Of a stretch of DNA of 64,000 nucleotides, positions 52,383 through 62,148 are shown piece by piece. The notes under the pieces were generated by a model that was not told where the DNA came from, searched no databases, and saw only the letters and a list, made by a program, of their open reading frames with translations. Origin of the DNA: a virus; IMG/VR virus record IMGVR_UViG_3300006217_000017, positions 1 through 64,000 of that record; one strand, 5' to 3'. A program made the position numbers and the translations under genes. Positions within the stretch are counted from its first letter, which is position 1. Each line of letters starts with the position of its first letter.

Positions 52383-55300
52383 TCAATAAACCTCTTCCGC
52401 AAGCACAAGCCTGCCTCCTATATTCCTATTTCTCCCTTCTCTCGTTCGCTTCACAACATTTTTATAAACTGCATCTCCATCTAGGTTTAATTGTAGAGAT
52501 ATATCCCCGCTCCCAGCCGCTCCATTATTTCTCATTGCAGATGAAACCGCATTGTATACCGCCGGGTAAATGGCTTCTGCAATCCCCTGCGTAATCTGCC
52601 CATTATTGGCTACTGCTGTCTGCCCGTTACTGAACCTTCCAATAACTTCATTGTGGTTCGCATAGAAAAGCCCGTCCTCCGGGAATCCTCCATTTCTGTA
52701 CTGCGGTATCAGGTCTGCAATGTTGATTTTTCCTATGCCGGATGCGTAGCCCTTATTCTTCCCCCAGTTCCCGGCTATACCACCAGACTTGCTTACCACA
52801 TATCGAATTGCCGCAAGCATATTTGATAATGGATCCCATATATCCTTGTTGTATGGTGCTAACGCAAATGCCCGGAATGTAGAGTCAATTACTTGTAATA
52901 TTCCCTTTGATGGAGTTCCTCTTTTTGCGTTTGCATCCCATAGGTTTATCGCCCTTGGGTTCCCGCTGGATTCCGTCTGTATCTGTTTCATCATGAGTTC
53001 CAGGTTCAGCGCACTGAAATGACCTGTCATTTGAAGTGCCTTTGTCGCAAGCCCCCTCCACTGTTCCACGCCCTTAGACGGGTTATACTGCACTGTCAGG
53101 TTTTCGTCAAATATTTTCTTTATAAAACCTGTTGCCCCATCTAAGAGTGTGCTTGCCGCTCCTTTGGCTATGGAAAGCACTGGTTCGAGCATCCCGGATA
53201 GGTCTGTGAACTTATCAAACGCAATCTGTAAAATCTTTTCTGGATGTGTTAGGTAATCCCATACATTCCCAGTAAATTCTGTTATCTTAGACCACGCTCC
53301 TGCAAAAAAATCCCCGATACCTCCTGCAAAGCACGGCATTCCATTCATTTTCTGCATAAGGTCTTTCGTCTGGCGGGCTGGCATGATTTTTGTTCCTTTT
53401 TCCATAGGGAGCATGACATTTCTTCCCTCTGGTATGAACGGTTTTCCATGTGGAGGTACGATAAGTTCTTTGTAGACATTTCCTTTCTGGTCGTTTACGA
53501 TTCCTATGGTGTCTTGTGGAAGACCCCTGTCACCTTTTGCAAACTGTGGAACCGTCCATAATTCAAGTGGTTTTCCTGCTCCAACCTTATCAAGAACCCA
53601 ATTGATTCCTTTTATAATTCCATTTATAGCATCGCCAATTGGTTTAATAATTCCATTTGCAATGCCTTTGAAGAAATCTCCGATCGCTCCAAATACCCCT
53701 GTTATTCCATCATATGCATCTTCGAACGCCCCCTTTATCTTGCTAGAAACTCCATCTTTCTTCTCGAAAACCGCAACAACCTTATCTCCTACATTCGTCT
53801 TAAACCATCCGCTTACCGCATTCCATACACCCTTCACTAGATTCCAGGCTGTCGAGAAAGCATTGGATATTTTGGTTTTTAGTCCATCAAATACCTTTTT
53901 AACTGGATCTATAACGTACTTATTGAACCAATTAGATACTTTTTCCCATACTTTTTTTGCGCTTTCCCATGCACTTGAAAAGAATTTACCTATTTCTTTT
54001 GTGTCAATTCCGAATTGCTTTAGGAATCCACCAAAAATTCCCCCTATCCCTTCAAGTATTTTTGAAAATCCTTCTCCTATTTTTTCCGTATCAAGCGTGA
54101 AAATTCCTGTTAGAATATCAAAAATTCCTGTCAGGGTATCTATTACACCCCCTACCATTGTCGCAAAACCAGAAATCATATTTCCGAGTACAGTAAATAC
54201 AGCAGACGCTACAATCCCTGCTACTATTGTTGCAAGAGAAGCTAATATTTCAACAACCTTTTTTATTCCACTTCCTTCGTAAAAATCATAAATAGCCTGT
54301 CCTAATTCCTTAATTTTTTCCCACAAAGGGGTAACCGAATTTCTTATTTTTTCAAATGCTCCAACTAGACTATCTTTTACCATAGAAAATGCAAGTCCAA
54401 CAGAATCCCTAAAAGTTTCGCTTGTGTTCCAAAGGTCTACAAGCACCGCTGCCACACCTGCTATTGCAGCCAATATTGGAAGAGACGGCAATGAAAGGCC
54501 ACCAAGTGCTGTAGCTAAGCTTGTTGATAGTGAAGTTGCAATATTTCCAGATATGAGTTTTCCTATTCCAGTAAATTTAAAAAATCCAAACACTGCTATT
54601 AAAGCTGTTTCCAATGGTGCTTCTTGTATCAGACCTCCAAGCAATTCAAATCCTGCCTTTATAGCCTCCCATAATGCAGTTGCTAATTTTCCTGCAATTT
54701 CAAGAAAATCAAGTTCTGCAAGGAATGTCCCTATCTTTTGCCCTATCTGTTCAAAATCTGTTTCTTGCAATAATGTGGTAACAGTAGTTAATCCTCCCTT
54801 TATCCAAACGTTTATTGATTCCGCAAGTCCAACAAAATCAAATGTTTCAAAAAATCCGTTTATTCCGTCTGATATAGAAAGACCTATTTGCTCAAAATCA
54901 AGTGTCGTGCCAAGATTTAAAGCAAACTGTATCGCGGTATTCAGCGCGTTTGCCAATGTACTCCCAACAAGGGAAAAGTCTGTTTCTTGGAAGAATCCGT
55001 TTATCGCGTTTCCAATCCCAGTTCCCCATTTCTTAGCAGCAGACAATGCAGTTTCCCAGTCGATTCCTTCTAATGCAGCATTTATCCCGGCTCCTATGGA
55101 AATTCCGAAATTTTCAAAGTCAAATGTTTCCCCAAAAGAATCAAGGAAATGCAATGCTGTATTCAACGCCCCTGCAATTGTTTTTCCAAGTGCTGAAAAA
55201 AGTTCCGGAGAAATCAGACCATTTAAGAACTGCGCAAGACCAGACCCGAAATTCCTAGCTTTTTTATACACAGAATCCCATGGTATGCTCTCCATAGCCT

Positions 55301-57434
55301 TTGTTAGTGCATCTCCAATATATTCCCCAAGTTTATACAAGGAATCTATGTCGCTGGTAAATTTCTTTATAATGCTTTCTCCCGGGTTCCATTTCCCTCC
55401 AAGGCCTTCCCCTGCCGCTGCGCCACCTTCTGCTCCCCCCGCTCCGTTTCCTCCTGTTTCTCCTGAAGGTTCTGGGAAGTCTATGGTTTTCAGTTCGTCA
55501 AATGCGCGGATTCCCTTTTTCATCTTGTCAATGTTCTTTGCTGCCGTCCCAGTGGAATCTGCAACATCTTCCGCGCCTTCCGCTGCGCCTCCGAAATCCT
55601 GTGCAAGACCTCCCCCACCTTCTTCATATGTCCATCCGAATATCTGCCCGAGTGCATTTGAAATTGTCTTGGCAAACGCTATGATATGGCTCATTGCTGC
55701 ATTTATTACTTTCACCACCGGCTTAAATGAATTTACCAATACGCCCCCAATTACCGCTGCGAGCTGCTCAAAGTTCTGCCTCATTATCCTCGTCTGGTTT
55801 GCCCATGTGTCTGCGGTTCTGGCAAAGTCATTATGCGCTGCGGTTGTGTTTGCCATAACGTACTGGTATCGGAGCATGGTCTTTTCTGCCTGTGACATGG
55901 ATTTTATGTCAGCGTCAAGGCCATTTTTCATTGCCCATTCTGCAAGAGTGGCCTGTGTCAAATCCAATCCATATGTACGCAGCGGTACTGTCATGCCAGT
56001 GAATATTGCCTCCAAATCCTTTGCAACGTCTTTTTGTTCTACATTGTAAAGGGATGCCATGTCAGCAGTTAATTTTGTCATGTTCAGAGAAACATCGGAC
56101 ATGGAATCTGAAAGCCCTATATACCCTTCTGTCTGCTCATTCAGGAACTTATTGGCATCATTAATCAGCCCTGAATTAATTCCCATCGCTGCGCCCATGG
56201 ACTGGAACCTGCTGGCGTATTGCTTTAAGGAAAGTTCAGACATCCCAAACTGTTCAATAGAAGTTTTCGCAAAATCCTCCACTTTGTAAGCCATGTCGCC
56301 AAATGTTGCGTCCACCACGTTCTGTACTTCTGTCAGGTCAGAAGAAATGTCCATGGCTTTCATCGCCCCGCGCACAGTCCCATAAAGGCCAAGAGTAACT
56401 CCCATTGCAGAAAGAACGCTTCTCGAAAAATTCTTTATCCCTCCCAGTGCTTTCCCTATGCTACCGTTCAGCCCATTCATGGACTTGGACAGTTTATTTA
56501 TTCCGGAATTGAATGTGTTTGCAGATATCCCGCTGCTTGTGAATACATTCCCAAGCCCCCTTACTGCGCTTCCCGTCCTCCCTCCAGCATTTGCAAGCTG
56601 CGAAAGTGCCTGCGTCATCTGTATGGTGTTCTGGCTTACGTTTGGCGCGCCTGACATAGTTTGGAAAAATTTTAAAAGCTCGTCCCCGAGTTTTTTCAGG
56701 CTATTTGCCGTTGTTTCCGTCTTCTTCCCGGCATTTGCAAGGGTTCCAACTGCCTGTGTAAAAGTTATCGTATCCGTCTCTACAGATTTTGCCCTTGAGA
56801 TTTTATTCATGAATTCCCCAAGGTTCTGTCCAAGTCCCGGAAGCGCAGATGCTGCTTCTCCCGCCCCTGCTCCAGCATTTGCAAGTTTTGCCACGGCATT
56901 TGTCATAGAAATTGTGTTCTGCTTTACTTCTTCCGCCTTGGATAAAGTCTGCGCAAGTCCGTTTATGGAATTTCCAAGTGATGCAAAGTCAATGTTTGCA
57001 AGGCTTGAGGTATTTGCGTTTGAAAGTCTTGTCAGGCTATTTACTAGGTTTGTCAGGTTTTTGTTGTCAAACTTTGCGTTGCTTAAAATATTGATGCCGT
57101 CCGCAAGCGGACTTAGCGCGTTTCCTACCGCCTCTATGTTCCCGGTCTGAATAGCCGCAAGCCGCTCAATTCCAGTAGCCAGACGGTTAAAATCAGTTTT
57201 TTTAATTCCCTGAAGCTCTTTCATTCCAGAAGCCAGTGTCTTTACGCCAACTCCGAGATTTTTAATCCCAGTTCCGTTAATATTGGAAAGTTTTTCTAAA
57301 CTTGTAGTATCAAATTTTAATTTTTTAGAAAGTGTTTCTAGGCTTTTAGAAAGAGAATCAATTGACTTCTTTGCTTTACCCGCCTCTGATGTTATTTTTA
57401 TTTCAAGAGAATCTATTTCCGCCATGTCTGCCAC
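52383..57434 (-). CDS. tail tape measure protein with a C-terminal lytic transglycosylase (SLT) domain
   Basis: 1683 aa with repetitive helical segments, Gly-rich TM-like stretches, and QTESSGNPRAINLWDANAKRGTPSKGILQVIDSTF. Confidence 0.9.
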   Translation of the reverse strand: MADMAEIDSLEIKITSEAGKAKKSIDSLSKSLETLSKKLKFDTTSLEKLSNINGTGIKNLGVGVKTLASGMKELQGIKKTDFNRLATGIERLAAIQTGNIEAVGNALSPLADGINILSNAKFDNKNLTNLVNSLTRLSNANTSSLANIDFASLGNSINGLAQTLSKAEEVKQNTISMTNAVAKLANAGAGAGEAASALPGLGQNLGEFMNKISRAKSVETDTITFTQAVGTLANAGKKTETTANSLKKLGDELLKFFQTMSGAPNVSQNTIQMTQALSQLANAGGRTGSAVRGLGNVFTSSGISANTFNSGINKLSKSMNGLNGSIGKALGGIKNFSRSVLSAMGVTLGLYGTVRGAMKAMDISSDLTEVQNVVDATFGDMAYKVEDFAKTSIEQFGMSELSLKQYASRFQSMGAAMGINSGLINDANKFLNEQTEGYIGLSDSMSDVSLNMTKLTADMASLYNVEQKDVAKDLEAIFTGMTVPLRTYGLDLTQATLAEWAMKNGLDADIKSMSQAEKTMLRYQYVMANTTAAHNDFARTADTWANQTRIMRQNFEQLAAVIGGVLVNSFKPVVKVINAAMSHIIAFAKTISNALGQIFGWTYEEGGGGLAQDFGGAAEGAEDVADSTGTAAKNIDKMKKGIRAFDELKTIDFPEPSGETGGNGAGGAEGGAAAGEGLGGKWNPGESIIKKFTSDIDSLYKLGEYIGDALTKAMESIPWDSVYKKARNFGSGLAQFLNGLISPELFSALGKTIAGALNTALHFLDSFGETFDFENFGISIGAGINAALEGIDWETALSAAKKWGTGIGNAINGFFQETDFSLVGSTLANALNTAIQFALNLGTTLDFEQIGLSISDGINGFFETFDFVGLAESINVWIKGGLTTVTTLLQETDFEQIGQKIGTFLAELDFLEIAGKLATALWEAIKAGFELLGGLIQEAPLETALIAVFGFFKFTGIGKLISGNIATSLSTSLATALGGLSLPSLPILAAIAGVAAVLVDLWNTSETFRDSVGLAFSMVKDSLVGAFEKIRNSVTPLWEKIKELGQAIYDFYEGSGIKKVVEILASLATIVAGIVASAVFTVLGNMISGFATMVGGVIDTLTGIFDILTGIFTLDTEKIGEGFSKILEGIGGIFGGFLKQFGIDTKEIGKFFSSAWESAKKVWEKVSNWFNKYVIDPVKKVFDGLKTKISNAFSTAWNLVKGVWNAVSGWFKTNVGDKVVAVFEKKDGVSSKIKGAFEDAYDGITGVFGAIGDFFKGIANGIIKPIGDAINGIIKGINWVLDKVGAGKPLELWTVPQFAKGDRGLPQDTIGIVNDQKGNVYKELIVPPHGKPFIPEGRNVMLPMEKGTKIMPARQTKDLMQKMNGMPCFAGGIGDFFAGAWSKITEFTGNVWDYLTHPEKILQIAFDKFTDLSGMLEPVLSIAKGAASTLLDGATGFIKKIFDENLTVQYNPSKGVEQWRGLATKALQMTGHFSALNLELMMKQIQTESSGNPRAINLWDANAKRGTPSKGILQVIDSTFRAFALAPYNKDIWDPLSNMLAAIRYVVSKSGGIAGNWGKNKGYASGIGKINIADLIPQYRNGGFPEDGLFYANHNEVIGRFSNGQTAVANNGQITQGIAEAIYPAVYNAVSSAMRNNGAAGSGDISLQLNLDGDAVYKNVVKRTREGRNRNIGGRLVLAEEVY

Positions 57435-57582
57435 TTCCTTTCCAAAATAAAAAGAGGCGGCTTTTGCTACCTCTTATCTTTCAATCATTTTGTTTGCCTT
57501 TGTTAGAACAAAGTCTTTTATTTCATTAAATCCCCATCCGTATTCCATGAGGCTTGACACGAGCATTTCTGCGTTCTGGTCT

Positions 57583-58263
57583 TCAAAGCATTTCCATGTA
57601 ATCTTTTATTTTGTCGAAAGTCCAATATGTATTTATCATATCGCCAATCATACAGGTGTATTTTCTTATAGTGGCGTTCTGTTCTTCTGATAAATAATTC
57701 CTAAAACTTTCAAATTCTTTTGCGTGGTATTCTTTAACTAACTGTTTTGTATCTTTCCCAAACAAAATATCATAAATTAAATCTGAATAAATATTCGGGA
57801 CATCCGCACCGCTTACTGCAATAGTGAATTTAGATATTTGCTCATTCTCAAATCTTAATTCTTCAACTGAAATATCTCTATTATCTTCTGTGGAATTGTT
57901 TTTCGGAATTACAAAAAACTTATTCCATGTATTTTCTAGTTCAATCGAAATCCTCTCGTTTTCTTCTTTTCTGCATTTTTCATAATCTGCAACATTCCCA
58001 TGCTTTTCAATAATTTTCTTTATTTCTTCTATATCAACTTCTGAAAACCATTCTCCACCAACATTTTTGTCTTTATAAAGATTGTGCAATACGACCTCTA
58101 ATTCAAAAGCATTTGATATAAAATCACTTTTGTAAATAAGTTTTATTGTCGGACAGCCACAAGCTAATTGTCCTAACCTTGTCGCTACATTGTTGCTTAC
58201 TCCGATTTTAAAATTCCCATTATATTCTGCAACGTAAATTTTCTTTATTCTGCTTGCTTTCAT
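57583..58263 (-). CDS. T5orf172 / GIY-YIG-like nuclease-domain protein
   Basis: IYVAEYNGNFKIGVSNNVATRLGQL...ELEVVLHNLYKDKNVGGEWF. Confidence 0.65.
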   Translation of the reverse strand: MKASRIKKIYVAEYNGNFKIGVSNNVATRLGQLACGCPTIKLIYKSDFISNAFELEVVLHNLYKDKNVGGEWFSEVDIEEIKKIIEKHGNVADYEKCRKEENERISIELENTWNKFFVIPKNNSTEDNRDISVEELRFENEQISKFTIAVSGADVPNIYSDLIYDILFGKDTKQLVKEYHAKEFESFRNYLSEEQNATIRKYTCMIGDMINTYWTFDKIKDYMEML

Positions 58264-58434
58264 ATTTATTGCCGCCTTTCCGCAAAATTGCCTTGTTTGT
58301 AATCAGCAGGGAAACGGTTAAGGCTTACCGCTTTCGGCTGTACACTCCTATCCCCGCTGGAATTGCCATGTTTATCGCAAAACGTCGTTTTATTTCTCAA
58401 AATGTAAATTTTTGTATAATTTTAACAAATTTTT

Positions 58435-58456
58435 ATATGTTTCACGTGAAACATAT
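58435..58456. promoter_or_regulatory. perfect 22-bp palindrome upstream of the T5orf172 gene
   Basis: ATATGTTTCACGTGAAACATAT, read directly from the sequence. Confidence 0.55.
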
Positions 58457-58495
58457 AGTTAAATTAAACATATTTAAGTTTAACTTTTATTAAAA

Positions 58496-58524
58496 GGGCG
58501 GAAAGATTTGACCCATTTCCGCCC
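58496..58524 (-). terminator. terminator after the NlpC/P60 gene
   Basis: gggcggaaa-(11 nt)-tttccgccc. On the minus strand it is followed by ttttaataaaag. Confidence 0.55.
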
Positions 58525-58536
58525 TTGCTGAAATTC

Positions 58537-59472
58537 CTATTTTACATATACCTTTCCGTTGTGCATTGCCGCAACCCATCCAGAAGGTGTGCGAATCCAT
58601 ATATCTTCCCCGTTCCTTTTCACGTCCTTGCAAGTGACCCTCGTACCCTTGTCTAAACACCCATCTCCATCTGCATCATGGTTTCGCCCATCTCCAGTAA
58701 GCTCACTGTGTTTTTTTGCCCGGTATTCTGTCCCAGCCCCTTCCCGGACTTTCATCTCTGCCTGCAATGTGTATACGCTTCCAATCTGGTATTCTTTCTT
58801 TTCCATTTGTGTCCTGTTGGAATACACTTTTTCGAGCCTTGCCCTGGATGCATTTCCGCACAGTCCGTCTTCCTTCAATTCATTGTCGTGCTGGAATTTT
58901 AACAGGGCTTTTTCTGTGTTCTTCCCGAAATCCCCATCTGCACCGTCTGCACCGCAAGAATACCCGCAACCTATAAGCATAATCTGCATATCTTTCACTT
59001 TCTGCCCTTTATCCCCTTTTTGCAGCCAGCTTCGGCTAACATCCTGTGCAACATTTTTATTTGGAACTTCCTCACCCGTATTTTCGAAAAGCGTGCGGAT
59101 TTCCATTAAGTCACTCCTTCGGTATACGCTGGAATACACAACCCCTTTCCCCGGATTGTTTTTCGTATTGGAAGAGCCTCCAATAGATTCATACATGCCG
59201 CCATCTCCTGCGTAGAAAGCAATGTGCGTTGCGCGTCCATTTTTTCCGAAATAAAGCAAATCTCCCTTTTTCTTCTGTGATGAAGGAATCTTTTTCCCGA
59301 TTTTGCGGTAACCGTCCGCTGTTGTCCGGTTCACTTTAAATCCAGAATCCAGAAGTACGTTGTATACATATCCAGAACAATCATATCCGCCTTCTTCCAT
59401 GGATTCCCCGCCCCAGACATATGGCTTTCCAAGGTATTTTACACAATTTGCAATAATATTTTCCCTGCTCAT
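58537..59472 (-). CDS. NlpC/P60 endopeptidase with peptidoglycan-binding and SH3-like domains
   Basis: YVWGGESMEEGGYDCSGYVYNVL...THIAFY carries the Cys/His catalytic pattern. GADGDFGKNTEKALLKFQ is PG_binding_1-like. The C-terminal region looks SH3-like. Confidence 0.85.
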   Translation of the reverse strand: MSRENIIANCVKYLGKPYVWGGESMEEGGYDCSGYVYNVLLDSGFKVNRTTADGYRKIGKKIPSSQKKKGDLLYFGKNGRATHIAFYAGDGGMYESIGGSSNTKNNPGKGVVYSSVYRRSDLMEIRTLFENTGEEVPNKNVAQDVSRSWLQKGDKGQKVKDMQIMLIGCGYSCGADGADGDFGKNTEKALLKFQHDNELKEDGLCGNASRARLEKVYSNRTQMEKKEYQIGSVYTLQAEMKVREGAGTEYRAKKHSELTGDGRNHDADGDGCLDKGTRVTCKDVKRNGEDIWIRTPSGWVAAMHNGKVYVK

Positions 59473-59482
59473 AAGTTACCTC

Positions 59483-59821
59483 CTAATGATTTAATTCAAA
59501 ATTGGTTTTCATAGCTTCTAATTTTGCTACGAACAATTCTCGTTGCCTCTTAATTTCATCTTCTGTCATAGGTTTGTTATTCTCTTCTATCTCCTGCAAC
59601 AGCGGTTTCTTTATGTACTTTGTTTTTGCCCTTCTTCCGGCAAGACAGTGTTCTATTGCTACTGATACAGCAGATAGCATGTATTGCCCTTGCAACCACG
59701 AAAGATAGTCTTTTTCTTTTAGTTCTTCGTTGTGCGCTTTAAGGTATGGTTTCATGTCCGCAGGGCTTGACCAGTCAATGTCATCTACGGACAATCCATA
59801 TCCTTTTGTCGCAACCATCAA
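59483..59821 (-). CDS. tail assembly chaperone, T-like part
   Basis: Its position is just upstream of the tape measure region. Its frame stays open more than 40 codons upstream into the preceding gene, in the -1 frame. Confidence 0.45.
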   Translation of the reverse strand: MMVATKGYGLSVDDIDWSSPADMKPYLKAHNEELKEKDYLSWLQGQYMLSAVSVAIEHCLAGRRAKTKYIKKPLLQEIEENNKPMTEDEIKRQRELFVAKLEAMKTNFELNH

Positions 59822-59856
59822 CTGCGGGCGTACTTCCTCGCAGTAGATTTCCCATG

Positions 59857-60309
59857 TTAAATCTCTACTATTTTCCCGTTCTGAACTACTTCCAATCTTG
59901 GTTGAATTTCCTCCTCTATCTGTTCCACTTTTTTCTGCTCCTTCTGGAACAGGCTCCGTAAAAAAGAGTCTTGCAATAATGCTTCCTGCAACTGGTTGGA
60001 AAATGCAATAACGTCGGCATCTTCGCCATCCATATATTCCTCAACAAGAGCAAATGCTTTGTCTAGTTGCTCCTCCTTCCCTTCGCCCGTATCGCAGTTA
60101 TACTTAAAATCCGGGTGGTGAACTTGCAGACCGACGAGTACCGCTTCTGGCAAAAATAAAAGTAAATCCTCTATTTTCTCAAAATAAGCCTCCTTGTCAT
60201 CATTGGATAAATCCGCAAACTTAACGAATTTTGAAATAATGTGTTCTTTCAATGTAGGCTTGTATGCAAACTTGATACTGTATTCTTTTTTCCCGATTTT
60301 TAATTTCAT
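59857..60309 (-). CDS. tail assembly chaperone, G-like
   Basis: 150-aa acidic protein directly after the major tail protein gene. Confidence 0.5.
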   Translation of the reverse strand: MKLKIGKKEYSIKFAYKPTLKEHIISKFVKFADLSNDDKEAYFEKIEDLLLFLPEAVLVGLQVHHPDFKYNCDTGEGKEEQLDKAFALVEEYMDGEDADVIAFSNQLQEALLQDSFLRSLFQKEQKKVEQIEEEIQPRLEVVQNGKIVEI

Positions 60310-60332
60310 AATTTATTTACCTTTTCCTTTCT

Positions 60333-60815
60333 TTAAAAAGATGTTGCTGCTGTAAACGCTACTTTTTCTTCCATTCCGCGGTATTCCTCAATGGTAAGTG
60401 TCATTTCAACCACAAGAAGCTCGTTCTGTCCAAATTCTGGCTGTGGGATTGCCGTAGGAGGCTGCGCGACTACAAAAAACGCTTCATCAAATCCCGGAAC
60501 GATTGTTTCAAACCACATTCTTTTCCCGGTTGCTTCCAGTCCTGCAAAATCAGAAATTACGTCTTTCCATTCTGCATTTGTTTCTGGCGTGAAGTTTACT
60601 CCAACAGGGAATGACCCTCCTGTGTCTGCCCTGCCTCGGACATACCTGTTTACAAAATCCTCTAATGCGCTTGCGTCAATCTGTTCATTTTCAATCGTGA
60701 TTCCTCCAATTGAGTTTATCCTGTGCAACTGTGTAAATATTTCTGGTTTTTTCCCGGCCTCTGCTTCCACTCCATAGCCAAATGTAATTCCTAATGTGGA
60801 AATTCCTGCTTCCAT
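60333..60815 (-). CDS. major tail (tube) protein
   Basis: 160 aa. The call rests on position and size, upstream of the chaperone pair. Confidence 0.55.
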   Translation of the reverse strand: MEAGISTLGITFGYGVEAEAGKKPEIFTQLHRINSIGGITIENEQIDASALEDFVNRYVRGRADTGGSFPVGVNFTPETNAEWKDVISDFAGLEATGKRMWFETIVPGFDEAFFVVAQPPTAIPQPEFGQNELLVVEMTLTIEEYRGMEEKVAFTAATSF

Positions 60816-60873
60816 GTATATTCCTCCTTAAAAATTTGCATAAAAATAAGAGCATTTCTGCTCTCTATGTCTG

Positions 60874-61269
60874 TTACAATATGTCTCCGTCTCCTATTAC
60901 CCTTCTGTATCTTGCTGTGGTGATATATATATCTCCATTGTTATTGTGCATTGGCATTTGAAAAGGCTTGATTCTCATACTTTTCATCACTCTTAAAACC
61001 TCTCTTGCCACTTCGTCTGTTCTGCTGTTGTTTTGATTGTCGGAAACGTCAACTTGGAACGCCGCATTAACTCCTGGTATTGATGTTCCCTCCAAATCCG
61101 AACCTACTTCCTGCGAATCAATCATGTGTATGTACACCGTAGGAAACTTAGGCTTTGTTGATGACCTGTCACTTGTGGTAAAATTGAGGTCTTTATATTT
61201 CGCCTTTATCTTTGTGGAAAACTTCGCTTTTATCAGCGAAAATACTTGTGTTTCTATGCTGTCAAGCAT
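60874..61269 (-). CDS. tail terminator / head-tail joining protein candidate
   Basis: The call rests on position between the gp10-like gene and the major tail gene. Length is 131 aa. Confidence 0.35.
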   Translation of the reverse strand: MLDSIETQVFSLIKAKFSTKIKAKYKDLNFTTSDRSSTKPKFPTVYIHMIDSQEVGSDLEGTSIPGVNAAFQVDVSDNQNNSRTDEVAREVLRVMKSMRIKPFQMPMHNNNGDIYITTARYRRVIGDGDIL

Positions 61270-61284
61270 TTAGACCACCTGCCT

Positions 61285-61602
61285 TTAAATGGTAGTTTCT
61301 CCTTTATTTTTTAAGCCGGAAAAATCTAATCTTTCTGCAATTTCTCCCATCTTTATTCTGTCACATGGTATAGTTCCGGTCGCGATTCTTCCTCCGAAAT
61401 TACTTTCCGAATCTTCCTTTTCTCCGCAATATGAGTAGTAAGGTGGGTTTTTATGAATCAACGTTCCACTAAGGTTTGGATTCAAATAGGCTGGTGTGTA
61501 AACTGTATCATCTTCTGATGTTTCCTCTCGTGTAATCTTCTCAACAAGCTTACCGTCCTTGTCGTATTTCTCGGTTGTTTCAGTGATTTTTGTTTTAACC
61601 AT
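61285..61602 (-). CDS. hypothetical virion-module protein
   Basis: 105-aa ORF lying in series. Confidence 0.35.
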   Translation of the reverse strand: MVKTKITETTEKYDKDGKLVEKITREETSEDDTVYTPAYLNPNLSGTLIHKNPPYYSYCGEKEDSESNFGGRIATGTIPCDRIKMGEIAERLDFSGLKNKGETTI

Positions 61603-61614
61603 GATTATTCTCCT

Positions 61615-62145
61615 TTACTTAAATATATCCTTTGCTATCTTCGGCACTTCTCTTATCAGTTCCATGCTTGTCAAATACATAAAAGGACGAGCAGGCATTC
61701 CCTCTGTATAATGCCATTTCCCGTCCTGCCCCGGGTAAAACCAGTAATATCTTCCCGTGCTTGCGTTCTGCCTTATTGTCTTTCCGACATTGTAATCCCA
61801 ACTTACTCCCTCTGGCAGAGGATAGGGGTATGGTTTGTCCTCGCCTCGCTGTCCTGTTCCGAACTCAACAAATACAGCATGGGAAGAATCGGCAACTACC
61901 GCAAATATCGCTCCATATTTTGTAGAATCTATATACTTGCTTTGTATGCTTGCTATCAATTCTCCTGTGAAAATTGCGTCAAGGTCGGCTATCTGAACCT
62001 GCGCAATATCAACTCCCAATTCAGAAAGTCTTTTTGCCAACTGTGCCGCTTTATTCGTTAAATACTCTTGATACCTAATGAGGTCTTTCTGTAGTTGGCG
62101 GATTGACGAAATGGACAGGTCGGCTTTAAGGGGTTTCTTTGCCAT
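61615..62145 (-). CDS. HK97 gp10-family head-tail protein
   Basis: FTGELIASIQS...AVFVEFGTGQRGE...GMPARPFMY. Confidence 0.55.
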   Translation of the reverse strand: MAKKPLKADLSISSIRQLQKDLIRYQEYLTNKAAQLAKRLSELGVDIAQVQIADLDAIFTGELIASIQSKYIDSTKYGAIFAVVADSSHAVFVEFGTGQRGEDKPYPYPLPEGVSWDYNVGKTIRQNASTGRYYWFYPGQDGKWHYTEGMPARPFMYLTSMELIREVPKIAKDIFK

Positions 62146-62148
62146 AGG

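Noticed and set aside
53506-56049. Long plus-strand ORFs (258 aa and 541 aa) inside the tape measure gene
   Set aside because: They are antisense shadows of a 1683-aa gene with clear tape-measure and SLT features. Their Ser/Pro/Ala/Phe-rich products look like reverse-frame artefacts, and no RBS or independent context supports them.
57440-57600. Short frame (…EDQNAEMLVSSLMEYGWGFNEIKDFVLTKANKMIER) overlapping the end of the T5orf172 gene just before the tape measure start
   Set aside because: It has about 30 codons from its first ATG and no clear RBS. It could be a remnant or a tiny gene, but this cannot be decided from the sequence alone.
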